Shown here piece after piece: positions 48,786-61,840 of a stretch of DNA of 64,000 bases. Origin of the DNA: Heterodontus francisci (lineage: Eukaryota); NCBI RefSeq assembly GCF_036365525.1, contig NC_090399.1:31466430-31530429 (forward strand), given 5' to 3'. Both the position numbers and the translations under genes were made by a program. How positions within the stretch are numbered: the first letter of the stretch is position 1; every line of letters starts with the position of its first letter. Under the pieces are notes generated by a model. The model had not been told where the DNA came from, did no database searches, and saw only the letters and a program-made list of their open reading frames with translations.

Positions 48786-49362
48786 TTCAAAGAAGAGCAG
48801 GGGAGTTATCCCTGGTGTAATAAAAACAAGAAATGCTGGAAATACTCAGCAGGTCTGGCAGCATCTGTGGAGAGAGAAGCAGAGTTAACATTTCAGGTCA
48901 GTGACCCTTCATCAGAACGCTGGACAATATTTATCCCTCAATCAACATCACAAAAAAACTATATTATCTGACCGTTATCACATTGCTGTTTGGGGAGCTT
49001 GCTGTGTGTGAATTGGTTGCTGTGTTGCCTATATTGAGACAGTGACTGCACTTCAAAAGTACTTCATTGGCTGTAAAGCACTTTGAGACAGTGGATTGTT
49101 GTGAAAAGGGCACTAAAAATGCAAATCTTTGCTGATGTGGCTCGGTTCCTAATTTTGCAATGGAACGCTCTTGTGAAACACTTTGGGGGCCGTTTTATTG
49201 CTTTAAAGCCGCTATGTAAATTTAAGTTGTTGTTGTTGTTGAAGAGCAGCGCTGCCCATTGTAACAGTACAACCTTATATTTTAACACTTGTTAAAACAG
49301 TCCTTTCCGTTCTTGCACTCTATCAGGCGTGTTCAGCAGCTTATTGGTGCTTTGTGCACAAA

Positions 49363-49702
49363 CAGTGGCGCAGTGGTTAGCACCGCAGCCTTACAGCTCC
49401 AGCGACCTGGGTTCAATTCTGGGTACCTCCTGTGTGGAGTTTGCAAGTTCTCCCTGTGTCTGCGTGGGTTTTCTCCTGGTGCTCCGGTTTCCTCCCACAT
49501 GCCAAAGACTTGCAGGTTGCTAGGTAAATTGGCCATTATAAATTGCCCCTAGTATAGGTAGGTGGTAGGGAAACATAGGGACAGGTGGAGATGTGGTAGG
49601 AATATGGGATTAGTGTAGGATTAGTATAAATGGGTGGTTGATGGTCGGCACAGACTCGGTGGGCCGAAGAGCCTGTTTCAGTGCTGTATAACTAAACTAA
49701 AA
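49363..49702 (+). mobile_element. V-SINE (HE1-like)
   Basis: A-box tggcgcagtgg, B-box ggttcaattct, V-domain and (ctaaa)n tail. Confidence 0.9.
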
Positions 49703-49759
49703 CACACACGCACTCTATTCTGCAGTGTCCAATGCAAAGTGCGATCCAGTCCGGGCTTT

Positions 49760-50460
49760 AGCAGAAGCTGGTCAGTCCCATTCTCTCACTGAGCCTCAGT
49801 GAATATTGATTCAAGAAGGAGGAAGGACGGAGGATAAGCGGGCCAGCTGTAAATGCATGGAGCTGGAGCAAAGCAGAAGAGGAGGAGGAAGAGAAGAGTT
49901 GTGCAAAGTCAGCCAGAGGGGGAGAGCAGGCTGCAGCTGGGATGGGTGCCAGCTCAGACCGTGGGTTGTGTGATCCAGGGAACACGCTGAGCCGCATTGA
50001 TGCAAACCTGCAAAGGGACTGAAACGGCTGGGCAGTTGTGGAATTAAAGCAGCATTTTTCAAATGCAGTCTCCCCCCCTCCCCCTCCCTCCCTCCTGACT
50101 GACAGCCTGATTGAGACAGCTCCATCGAGATCTTTCAAGTATCTTAGCCGTCAGCTGGGATCGGAAAGGGGAGTTGACTCTGTCCTGCTCTCTCCACCCA
50201 CCTCAGTTCCAGCTGCCTTTTTCCTTTGCTGACTCTTTTGACAGCCCTGGGGTTTGCAGCGGGTGAGTCCTTCTCTTGTCTCTGCAACAACAAACAACAA
50301 CAAAAAAAGGCAGCTCCTCACCTTTCCGCAAACCTCCTCGCTGGGATCTTCCCGTTCTTTCCTGGGCAGGGTCATTCAATTCTGGTGGGGACTGCCACTG
50401 AATGGGGCACCGCGGATTTCATGCTTGGCAGTTAGCAGTTGGTTGTTCCCTGTGTTGCGT
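49760..50460 (+). promoter_or_regulatory. Probable promoter and non-coding first exon(s) of an unidentified plus-strand gene
   Basis: Unique GC-richer DNA with GA and CCCTCC tracts and TGACTGACAG at 50096. Donors CGG|gtgagt (50263) and GC|gtaagt (50459); strong acceptor tttctctcctcgtag (exon starts 51206). Confidence 0.5.
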
Positions 50461-50742
50461 AAGTATCTGGAGTGTGAACAAGCTGCAGATGGACACCATT
50501 GTATATGTGGAATGTAACTGTGAAAAAAAAAAGCTGCAGCCACTGTGCAATGCCAGATCACCTTGGAACCGGTGCAGCGTTCACTCATTGCCTGCACGCT
50601 GCATGAGCCCCTGATGGAAAATTTACCCCCAATCTCCCCTCCCTCACTCTCATTGCTAAAAGTGCCCTTTCCTTCTCGTACACACTTTTTACTTTTGGTT
50701 CTCTGAATCCTTCAAAGTGAAACAGCTTTCTGCATTTTCTTT

Positions 50743-50949
50743 CAGATTTCCAGCATCCGCAGTATTTTGCTTTTATTTTAGTGTTTAATTCACTGCCACT
50801 TCTCTTCCAGGAATGCCTACCTTGAAGAAGTTCTGCTCTTCTCTCCGACCAGTTCCGATGAAGGGTCGCTGACCCGAAACGTTAACTCTGCTTCTCTTTC
50901 CACAGATGCTGCCAGACCTGCTGAGTGGTTCCAGCATTTCTTGTTTTTA
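50743..50949 (+). mobile_element. 207-bp Penelope-derived insertion with a hammerhead-like core
   Basis: 16-bp TSD tttctgcattttcttt at 50727-42 and 50950-65. Confidence 0.8.
50851..50887 (+). ncRNA. Minimal type-I hammerhead-ribozyme-like motif (Penelope terminal repeat)
   Basis: AGTT-CCGATGA-A-GGGTC gct GACCC-GAAAC-GTT-AACT. Sibling copies have canonical CTGA(T/A)GA. Confidence 0.55.
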
Positions 50950-52274
50950 TTTCTGCATTTTCTTTTTGGACTGGCGAATGCTCAGTGCTGTCTGACTGCA
51001 GAGTGCCGCCTGTCTGCTCCTAGTTTATTTATCTGCCTGTCCATTGGAGGTGGGCAGATTGTAAGAGCTGGAGAGAAGGACATTAAAGGAAAGAATTGGG
51101 CAGTATTTTTGAAGGGGTATGTTTGATTTCTTGTCTTTTGTGAGTGAATATGTGAATTGCAATGAGTTAGTAAACTGTTCTATCTTTCTCTTTCTCTCCT
51201 CGTAGGACTCAACGCCATTTGAAGCTCAGTTTGACTCCAGGACTTTGAAGATAAATAGGTTTGATTCTGACTGGAGGTCAACTAATGCAGAACTACACAC
51301 ACTGTGGATAATGGGCTCCTGCATCTGCTGAAAGCGCAGGTCCTGACTGCTTGCTTCTGATATTTGCGTTGATAAGGAGGTGCCTGCTGTTGCCATGGGG
51401 ACTCGGCAACCTAGGCAGGGTTGACCGGTTAGTTGGCTTTTTCTCCTTTTGATCTGCAGGCCCCTGTGATTGTAATTGTGACCTGGTTCTTGGCTGGATC
51501 ACATCTATAAATCTCTCCCCAGAAAACAAAGCACAGGCTCAGGTTTCCTTGGCCGGTCGCTGGAGGGAAAACTGGAACAGTGTGGTCAGATCTGGAGATG
51601 TTCCCGAACTGGTGGGTGCCCAAGGACTGACTTCGCCATTCCATTGCGTGTTTTCTTTCTCCTGAAGCAGGTTTATTTTCCCCCAGTGTCGCAGTTTGGA
51701 TCGTTGGTGGAAACGGGGGAGGTTGTTGCACAGGACCCAGTCTTAACCATCTCCAGGAGGTCGCTCACTTTACCAGGGGCGTGGTGGCGACTTTGTCAGA
51801 GTCAATGAGGAAACTTCCCTTCTCGTCACAGTGAAGGACCTCACATCAGAAATTGTAGCTCATTGGGGCTGTATCCAGAAGAATCTTTCTCCCATCGTGT
51901 TACCCCCGCAACCGCGCCACGCCCCCCCCCCCCCCGCCCCCACCAACCACCATCTACCGTCCTCCAGGCTTGGTCTGAGCCGTAAGGCCCCAAAAATCCC
52001 TGCCGCCCTTCCTGTCACAGATGCTTCCAGGAAGGAGGAACTGTGATGCTTCCTCGGACAGTTCGTCATATCCTGGACGGAGTCAGGCTGGAACTTTCAG
52101 GAGAAGCTAATGTCATCCTAAGTGGCTACAGAGCCAAGGACCCAGATGTGGATTCGCCACTGGTAGGTCGAGATGTTCTCTATCATTATGTACTTTATTG
52201 GTCTTATTACTTCATACTATTGATGGGCCAGTCTGACCATTTTTCTCGAATCAGATTTACTCATTTCTGGCAAG

Positions 52275-53370
52275 GAGTAAGAATTGGTTAATGGACAGAA
52301 AATAGAGAGTAGGAATAAACGGGCCAATCTCAGGTTGGCAGGCTTTTACATGTGGGGTACGGCAAAGATCAGTGCTTGGGCCACCTCTGTTTCCAATCTC
52401 TATCAATAATTTGGATGTGGGGACCAAATGTATTATTTCCAAGTTTGCTGATGACACAAAACTAGTTGGGAATGTGAGTTCTGAGGAGGATGCAATGAGG
52501 CTTCAAGGGAATTTAGACAGACTAATTGAGTGGGCAAGAACATGGCAGATGGAATATAATGTGGAAAAAATGTGAAGTTATCCACTTTGGTAGGAGAAAC
52601 AGAAATGCAGAGTATTTCTTAAATGGTGAGAGATTGGGAAGTATTCATGTCCGAAGGGACCTGTGTGTCCTTGTTCATGAGTCACTGAAAGATAACATGT
52701 TGGTGCAGCTAGCAATTGGGAATGCAAATGGTCTGTTGGCCTTTATTGCAAGAGGATTCGAGTACAGGAGTAAAGATGTCTTGCTGCAATTGTATAGAGC
52801 CTTGGTGAGACTGCACCTGAAGTATTGCGTACAGTTTTGGTCTCCTTACCTAAGGAAGGATATTCTTGCCATAGAGGGAGAGCAATAAAGGTTCACCAGA
52901 CTGATCCCTGGGATGGTGGAATCACCTTATCAGAAGAGATTGAGGAAACTGGTTCTATATTCTCTAGAGTTCAAAAGAAGGAGAGGTGATCTCATTGAAA
53001 CCTACAAAATACTTATAGGGCTTGACAGAGTAAATACAGGAAGGATGTTTCCCCTGGCTGGGGAGTCAAGAACCAAAGGACACAGTCTCAGAATAAGAGG
53101 TAGGCTATTTAATACTGAGATGAAGAAGAACTTCTTCACTCAGAGGGTGGTGAATCTTTGGAATTCTCTACCCCAGATGGTTGTAGAGGCTCTGTCATTA
53201 AGCATGTTCAAGACAGAGATCGATAGGTTTCTGGATATTAAAGATATCAAGGGATATGGGGATAGTCCGGGAAAATGGCATTGAGATAGAAGATCAGCTG
53301 TGAGCTAGTTGAATGGCAGAGCCGGCTCAAGGGGCTGAATGGCCTCCTCCTGCTACTATTTCCTATGTTC
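52275..53370 (+). mobile_element. CR1 RT-to-3' fragment
   Basis: ISKFADDTKL, YCVQFWSP and FFTQRVVNLWNSLP motifs. Confidence 0.9.
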
Positions 53371-54049
53371 CTAACCCATATAGTGTGATTGAACGCCAAT
53401 GAACGATGGAATGATGTCGTCTTCTTTTAGTGTTAATGTGTGCACAGCCAACAGTAAGACTTATCAGTGAATTGCAGTGCCAATATTTCTGAAAATCAGC
53501 AGCAAACCTCTCCCCACCCACCACGCCCCCACCAGCCCGCTCTTGTTCTTTAGCCAAGTTAAATTGTTCTTTGTAAAACCCAATGGCCCCAATATGCCTG
53601 GGCTTGGGCACTGGGGTGGAAATCGATGTTGGGGGGGGTGGTGTTACCTCGGAATTTGAGACCCCGTTTTTATTAAACACCAGTGGGATCTAGGTGGGTG
53701 TGTCTTGCAGTGACACTACTCCCCTCTGCCCCCCCAGGTTCACCTCGAGAACTGTATGAGGGAGAAAGGAATAGAAGGCTATCTTGATAGAGTGTGATGT
53801 AAAGGGGTGGGAGGAGGCTCGTGTGGTGTGTGAATGCCAGCATGGACCAATTGGGCTGAATGGCCTGCTTCTGGGCTGTGAATTCATTTTAGTTCTGTTG
53901 TAAAATCATCAGCTTGCATTTATACAGGCCCTTTACTGCAGGAAAATGTCTCGAGCCACTCATGTTACAGTGGCTAATCCACAAAGTGGAAGGGGTGACT
54001 GAAAGCTTGTTCAAAGAGGTAGGTTTAAAGAAGGAAAGACTTGTATTTA

Positions 54050-54380
54050 TATAGCACCTTGCACAACCTCAGGTAGTCCCAAAGTGCTTGACAGCCACAT
54101 TTTCAGGGGTGCTTTCTCAGGCAGCTCGTCATCCTGTTGCAATGCAGCCACTTTGGGCACTGCAATGAGATAATGACTATTAGTTAATGATATTGATTGA
54201 GGGATAAATATTTGCCAGGGCACCAAGGAGAACTCCCCTGCTCGTCTGTGAAATAGTACCATGGGATGATTTACATCCACTTGAGAGAGCAGACAGGGCC
54301 TCGGTTTAACATCCCATCTGAATGACGGCATCTTTAACATTGCAGCATTTTCTCAGTACTGCAGTGGAGTATCAGCCTTT
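54050..54380 (-). mobile_element. DeuSINE (SacSINE1-like)
   Basis: Reverse strand cagatgggatgttaaaccgaggccctgtc...atcccatggtactatttc. Confidence 0.65.
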
Positions 54381-57300
54381 TCTTTTCCCCAAATATGCTT
54401 TATTCATAAAGTTTGTAAAAATACATTATATAATTCAAATTTGACATTACATGAAGTGCAATGCTGATCAGTTTCTTTCAATACAGTACATGAGGTGCCT
54501 CAGTAGAGTTTGCCATTTCAGGTTATATTTACAATATACATTTATATTCCATGTCAAACATTTTCTGTTGCATTCAGCCCGAAGGGTTTTACAGGGGTTC
54601 CAGATTCTCGGTGTACTATGGGAGGAGAGCCTTACACAGTGGCCTTTCCCCACTGATCCTTTGTGACAGCTGCCCCAAGCTTTAGTGCGTCCCTCAGCAC
54701 GTAGTCCTGGGCCTTGGAATGTGCCAGTCTGCAACACTCGGTCATTGACAGCTCTTTGCATTGGAAGATCAGCAAGTTTTGGGCAGACCAAGGAGTGTCT
54801 TTCACCGAGTTGATGGTCTTCCAGCAGCAGTTGATGTTTATCTTGGTGTATGTGTGTCTGGGAACAGCCTGTAGAGCCGAGGTTTTATGCTCAAGTCCCT
54901 GGGTTGGAGCTTGAACTCAGAATCTTGTGACTCAGAAGTGAGAGTGCTAACGACTGAAGCACATTAAAGGAGGGGAAGCAGGTCACGAGATGGGGGGTAT
55001 AGGGAGGGAATTGCAGAGTGTGAGCCCAGGTAGTTGAAGGCATGGCTTCAAACTGTGAGGCAAAGAGAGTGAGGGGGAAATACACTGGAGACCTGCACCA
55101 GAGAAACAGAGCATTGGGGAAGGGGCTTGTCGCACCTAGAATTAAGCATGGTGAGGCCATGGAGGGACTTCAGCACACCAGTGAGAATTTAAAATTTGAC
55201 ACTTTGTTGTTTGGGAGCCTAGGCAGTTCAGCAAAGGCCTGGGTAATGAGCGGGACAGACCTGATGTGGGACTGAAAACAGGCAGCAGCAGAGTTTTGGA
55301 TGAGCTGAAGATTGCTGAGGGTTGGGGGAGGGGAGGCCGACCAGGGAACCTGAACAGTTGAGTCTGGAGGTGGCAAAGGCGTGGTTGAGGGTTTCAGTGA
55401 CAGATGGGCTGAGGTAAGGGAAGAGGAAGAGGAGGAGGAGAAGGAGGACGATGTTATGTAGTCAATCTCAGTGATGGAGAGGCTGTGGGGAGCTGAGAGT
55501 CAGCTTGTGGTTGAATAGGACGCTGAGGTTGCAGACATGAGGGAGATGTGAGGTGACCAAGAATCCACAGAACAGATCGTGGAGAATGAAAAAGTCATGA
55601 AGGGAATATAATTAAAACAGAAAGTGCTGGAAATGCTCAGCAGGTCTGGCAGCATCTGTGGAGAGAGAAACAGAGTTAATGTTTCAGGTCTGTGATCTTT
55701 CATCAGGGAATATAATCAGTTAGACGTGGATTATATAATGTTAAAGTCAGTAACCAGAGGACACAGACTTAAGGTGATTTGCTAATGAACTGGCATGGGG
55801 GTGTGGTTGGGGGGGTGGTGCGGGTAGATGAGGAGAATTGTTTTACGCAGCGAGCTGTTGTGATCTGGAATGCACTGCCTGAAAGGTTGGTAAAAGCAGA
55901 TTGAAGAATAATTTTCAAAAGGGAATTGGATAAGTACTCGAGGGGGAAATGTTGCAGGGCTAATTAGATAACTCTTTCAAAGAGCCAGCACGATAATGGG
56001 CTGAATGGCCTCCTTCTGTGCTGCATCATTCTATGATTGTATCCCGATGTACACTTCCAGTGTGGAGCTTCACCTGCAGGAAGTACCTACTAGGTCGCAT
56101 TTATTAAAATTGGCAGATGCAAATCACAGCTTTGCATGTGCATTTTCCTGGCAGGCTGGGACCTGCATGCAAAATACACAAGCAGAAAATGAACCATTTA
56201 ATTTCCACTGGCAATCCACTGCACAGTGAGATCACTCCCTTAATGCATTGCTTTTAAACAGATTGCCAGCTGTTTTTAACTAGGGCAATGATTTGGGATG
56301 TCCTCCGGCTGCCCATCACAAAGGATGGAATTCCGCAAGCTTACCTGCGCCCGATGTGGAAGGTGATGTAGGGAGCTCGTGTGTCCTGCAGTGAACAGTG
56401 AGTAGTTTACTACCCTGGAAACAGTAACTCCAGGCCGTAACAGACAAATGACACTCCTGCAGATTGTGCATCCTCGGCTATAAATTGCACATCAGGTTTA
56501 CATTGAGGGGTAGAGTTAGCAGAAGGCAGAATTCAAAACTCTGAAGCTAAAGAAGGAATGCCACTGTGATTGTCACTTTGGATTATTGACTCAGATCTCT
56601 AGAAGCGGAACTTAAAATGACAGATTTCTGACTTTCTTTCCATATATAAGATTTTTCAATATATTATCGACAGATATCAAATAGCTTAGAAAATAGCACA
56701 CAAATATTTAACACACTTTTAGGGAAATTACATTGTCAGCTCTATGAAGTGTTAAATCATTTATTTTCAGACCACGAACATTTAGTGCAAATGCTTTTAA
56801 TTGTGCATCAAGTGATACCACACGCTGTCATTTCTAAGCAGCTGTGGTTTTATTTTTTAAAGGGAAGTTTAGGGGACAGGCACTTACTGTGTATGTACTT
56901 TTCTTTCAAAAAAAATAAATATTTACCTTACGTAAGGATTAATTCTGTTTAATGTCAAGAGGTGGTTCCTGGATGGTGCCACTTAATTTGTTGTGAGGAA
57001 ATAAGTATGAAATTATATAGCACGAAATTCACGCTGACAATCAGCCTTTTCTCTTTCAATGCTTTACCAGTTTCACCACATTGAAGATTCATGCTCACTT
57101 CACTATAACATGCATCTCTTCATGACTGCACCAAGAAAAATGGCACTTGCTATCGACATGAAATTAATTTTTAGTTGGTAAATAGTTATGTTGTATAAAA
57201 GCTGCTGACTCTAACAGGGAGATGATAATTGTGTGGGCATGTGTTCTCCTATAATTTCCTTCCCCTTTAAATTATAGGAACAGTGGAGGCCATTCAGCCC

Positions 57301-58388
57301 CACAAGCCTGTTCTGCCATTCAATTAGATTATAGCCAATCTGGTATCCCAATTCCATCTATCATTAATACCCTGGCCTAACAAAAATGTGTGGAGGTCGG
57401 TTGTGAAAATTGACTTCCTGAGCCTCAACAGCATTTTGGGGAAAATTTCCAGTACGCTCTGATTGGAAAAAAAATACTTCTTCATTTCACTCCGGTACGC
57501 CCGAGCTCTAATTCTCAGATTTAAACCTTGATCTGTGTCTGCCTTATCAAATACCTTTTATCATTTTATACACCTCAATTTGGTCATCCCTCAACCTTCA
57601 AAACTCAAAGGAATACAAGCCTTATCTATACAACTGGTCCTCATAAAGTAACCTGTGTAACCCCAGTATCATTCTGATGAATCCGTGTTGCACCCTCTGT
57701 CTATCCTTCCTAAGGTGCGGTGCCCAGAACTGACCACAATATCCAGATGGGATCTGAACAAGACTCTGCACAACTGAAGCTTCACTTCCTCCCCTTTGTA
57801 ATCCAGTTCCTTTGAGATTCTATTATTCTGTCCGCCTTTTTGATCAGTATTAGGCTTTAGTTATCCACTTATTACTCCTTGGACGGGAAACTCTGATTAC
57901 AAGCTCTCCTCGCAGAAATGACTTCTTATTTTTTAAAAGAACGTTCAGCCTCTCCTTGACATTGCTTCACGTTTGCTGAGTCTCAGTCCTTTTTCCTTCA
58001 TTCAGCATCGGATGACTAACAGTCTGTGGGAGGGAGAGGGAGGAGGGGAAGGGAGATGCCGTGCTGGATCCTGCAGCGAGGATTATGAGAGATTGCAAAC
58101 AAGTTCATCAACAGGATGAAGGCCCATTGGTTGATGGAGCTAATCGACTTGAGTTGTTTGTTTCTCCCAACGAGAAATGGCAGGGTCGTCAAGCGGCTAC
58201 TTAACCAATGAACACCAGTAACCTCCCAGTTCACCATGAGTGCACACAGAGTCAGAATCATGCGGTCTTGTGGCATAGGCAGAGGCTATTCCACCCATCA
58301 TGCCTGCACTGGCTCTTTGACAGAGCTACACAGTTAGTTCCACTCCTCTACTCTTCCCCCATAGTCCTGCAAATATTTCCTTTTCAAG

Positions 58389-59304
58389 TGTCATGAAAAC
58401 CCCACCTGCCAAGAATGAGGCATATTAATTTCAGCATATGGAACATTAATTTTAAACTGTTGCTGGACTGAAAAGATGACTTGTTTAAAGAGATCACAGC
58501 AGTGGCTGGGAACATTTGCATTATAAGACACAGTTGCCTGGAGGAGACAATGGAACTTTGCCTGATCCAATTAACCCAAATGGATTTTGCTCACTAGACA
58601 TTGAATGTGTAACAAGCCAGCTTTCCATCCCCCCACACTGAGGATGTCAGCTAAGATGGAGAATCCACAAAAACTGCAGGAGAGTTTGTTGAAAAAAACC
58701 TACTCACATGAGCAACCTGCTGGCCCAGGGGTTTTGAGTTGTATTCACAGAACAGTTTGAAGACAGAGACTGCAATTTGCAGACAACAGAGAAGGAAGGT
58801 CTCTCTCTCTCTCCCTCTCACGCAAACACGGGGACCCATGGAAGAAACTAAGCCAAGACAGGAAACCATCGAAACAAGTTCAAAAGTGTTCTGGGCCCCA
58901 ACGAGATGGCAAGATTTAACTGCAAGCAAAGACTTTACATTGAACTCAATAGACAGTAAATAAACTCCAGCGATTGCTTCAAACCTTTCCCCTTGATTCT
59001 TTCACCTTTTCTGTCTCTGCGCATGTGTGTTCATCGCGTATGCACGCAAGCGTGGTCGCGTTGCATATTTTTAGTAGTTTTAACCAAATGAGAGCTTTAA
59101 GGTTAATGAACCTACACCTTTCTTGTTTAAATCTAAGAAAACCTGTCTGGTTGATTTCTTTGCCTTACAATTGGAGAACAGTGAACAAGGATTCACTGAG
59201 GGGAAGCTAAAAACACAGTGTTTTTAAAATTAAACCCTGTTACGGTCAAACCAGGAAAAAGCTGAGAGGGAAGCCCCAGACCCCGTTCTCACCTGGTCAT
59301 AGCA
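58389..59304 (+). mobile_element. Solo LTR related to the Gypsy LTR at 29160-30074
   Basis: TG...CA termini and 4-bp TSD caag (58385-88, 59305-08). Colinear with the 3'LTR; interrupts an antisense CR1 3' end. Confidence 0.87.
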
Positions 59305-59569
59305 CAAGTATATATCCAATTCCATTTTTAAAGTTACTGTTGAATCTGCTTCCATCAGCCTTTCAGGCAGCGCATTCTAGGCCATTACAACTGGCTGCCG
59401 AAATGAATATCTCCTGCTCTCCCCTTTGATTCTGTCGCCAATTATCTTAAGTCTGTGTTCGCTGATTACTGACTGGAAGTAGGCTCTCCCTATCTATTCT
59501 GTCAAAACGCCTTCACCATTTCAATTACAAAGTTGTGGGGCTACATTCTTACAACCAATGAGATCAGTG

Positions 59570-61840
59570 ATGTCGTGAGAAACAATATAGGCACTGGAGA
59601 TCAAGACGTAGAATCAGTCTGAGTAGAAATAAGAAATAGCAAGGGAACGAAGTCCCTGGTGGGAGTGATCTATAGGTCCCCAAACAGTAGTTCGCAGTGG
59701 GGCACAGTATAAACCAGGAAATACTGGGGGCTTGTAAGAAAAGTATGGAAATAATCATGGGTGATTTTAATATGCATATGGACTGGATTAATCAAATTGG
59801 CAAAGGTAGCCTTGAGGGAGAGTTCATTGAATGTATTAGAGATTGTTTTTTGGAGCAATATGTTGTTGAACCAAACAGGGAGCAGGCTATTCTAGATTTA
59901 GATTAGATTAGATTAGATTAGAGATACAGCACTGAAACAGGCCCTTCGGCCCACCGAGTCTGTGCCGAACATCAACCACCCATTTATACTAATCCTACAC
60001 GAATCTCATATTCCTACCACATCCCCACCTGTCCCTATATTTCCCTACCACCTACCTATACTAGTGACAATTTATAATGGCCAATTTACCTATCAACCTG
60101 CAAGTCTTTTGGCTTATGGGAGGAAACCGGAGCACCCGGAGAAAACCCACGCAGACACAGGGAGAACTTGCAAACTCCACACAGGCAGTACCCGGAATCG
60201 AACCCGGGTCCCTGGAGCTGTGAGGCTGCGGTGCTAACCACTGCACCACTATGCCGCCCTAGTGTTGTGTAATGAGGTGGGATTAATTAATTATCTCATA
60301 GTTAAGGAACCTCTTGGGAAGAGTGATCATAGCATGCTAGAATTTCAAATTCAGTTTGAGGGCGAGAAACTGGAGTCCCACACTAGTGTTCTGGAGTTAA
60401 ACAAAGGTAATTACATAGGCATGAGGACAGATTTGGCCCTCGTGGACTGGGCAGGAAGACTAAAAGGTAGGACAGTTCATGAGCTGTGGCAGATGTTTAA
60501 GGAGATATTCAATTCCTCCCAACTAAAATATATTCCAGAGAGGAAGAAAGATTCTAAGAGGGGGAAAAATATCCATGGCCAAGCAAGGAAGTTAAGGATA
60601 ACATAAAGACAAAAACTAAGGCATACCATATTGCAAAGGCCAGTGGCAGGCTGGAAGATTGGGAAACTTTTAAAGATCAACAAAGGGTTACTAAAAAAGT
60701 ATAAAAAGAGCTAAGGTAAATTATGAAAGAAAACTAGTGCAAAATATAAAAACGGATCGCAAAATCTTCTATAAGTATATAAAAGGTAAGAGGGTAGCGA
60801 CAGTAAATGTTGGTCCCTTGGAGGATGAGACTTGGGAGTTAATAGAGGGGAACACAGAAATGGCGGAGACACTAAATCAGTATTTTGCCTCAGTTTTCAC
60901 AGTGGAGGACATTAGTACCATCCCAATAGTAACAGGTAATGCAGAGGTTATAGAAAGACAGGAACTTAGAAAAATCATCACCACCGGGGAAAAAGTACTG
61001 AACAAACTATTAGGATTGAAGGCAGACAAGTCCCCAGGGCTTGATGGCCTACTTCCTAGGGTCTTAAAGGAAGTGGCAGCGGAGATAGTGGATCCATTGG
61101 TTATAATATTCCAAAATTCCCTGGATGCGGGAAAGGTTCCAGTGGATTGGAAAAAATGCTAATATAAAGCCCTTATTCAAAAAGGGGGGGGGGGGGAGGC
61201 AGAAAGTAGGAAACTATAGATCAGTTAGTTTAACATCTGTAATTGGGAAATTGTTAGGCCGCACCTGGAGTATTGCGTACAGTTTTGGTCCCCATATGTG
61301 AGGAGGGATGTAGTTGCATTGGAGGCAGTTCAGAGGAGGTTCACTAGGTTGTTTCTAGAGATGAGGGGTTTGTCTTATGAAGAGAGATTGAGCAGTTTAG
61401 GCCTTTACTGTCTAGAGTTTAGAAGAATGAGAGGAGATCTAATTGAAGTACATAAGATGATAAAGGAGATTGACAAAGTAGACATAGAGAGGATGTTTCC
61501 ACTTGTGGGGCAATCTAGAACGAGAGGTCATAGTTTTAGGATAACAGGTAGTAGATTTAAAACAGAGTTGAGGAGAAATTACTTCTCTCAAAGGGTTGTG
61601 AGTCTGTGGAATTCACTACCCCAGATTGTGGTGGATGCCATGACATTGAATACATTTAAGAAGGAGATGGACAGAGTTTTAATTAGTAATGGGTTGCAGG
61701 GTTATGGAGAACAGGCAGGAAAGTGGAGTTGAGGCCGAGATGAGATCAACCATGATTGTATTGAATGGTAGAGCACGTTCGAGGGGCTGAATTGCCTCCT
61801 CCTGTTCCTAGTTCTCATGTTCTTATGTTATGTTCTTATG
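59570..61840 (+). mobile_element. CR1 ORF2 remnant with an internal deletion at about 61257 and a SINE insertion
   Basis: MGDFN, GKSDH and KSPGLDG motifs, then a jump to HLEYCVQFW; (ttcttatg) tail. Confidence 0.87.
59895..60258 (-). mobile_element. V-SINE (HE1-like) inserted in CR1
   Basis: tRNA head with ggttcgattcc B-box and (ctaat)n tail. Confidence 0.9.

Larger units (their letters stand above)
45530..49125 (+). mobile_element. DeuSINE (SacSINE1-like) split into 45530-45727 and 48786-49125
   Basis: Deu-domain-like gatgagatattaaaccgaggtcc...aaagatccc on the left continues as gaagagcaggggagttatccctggtg on the right. Confidence 0.7.
44880..49240 (+). mobile_element. L2 3' remnant (44880 to about 45525 and about 49130-49240) hosting nested insertions
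   Basis: AETLIHSFV and LADLHWLPV on the left; L2-type 3' end with (ttg)n tail on the right. Confidence 0.7.

Noticed and set aside
49363-49440. tRNA-like sequences (also at 13.5, 28.8 and 60.2 kb)
   Set aside because: They are SINE heads followed by the V-domain and a simple-repeat tail, with no complete cloverleaf.
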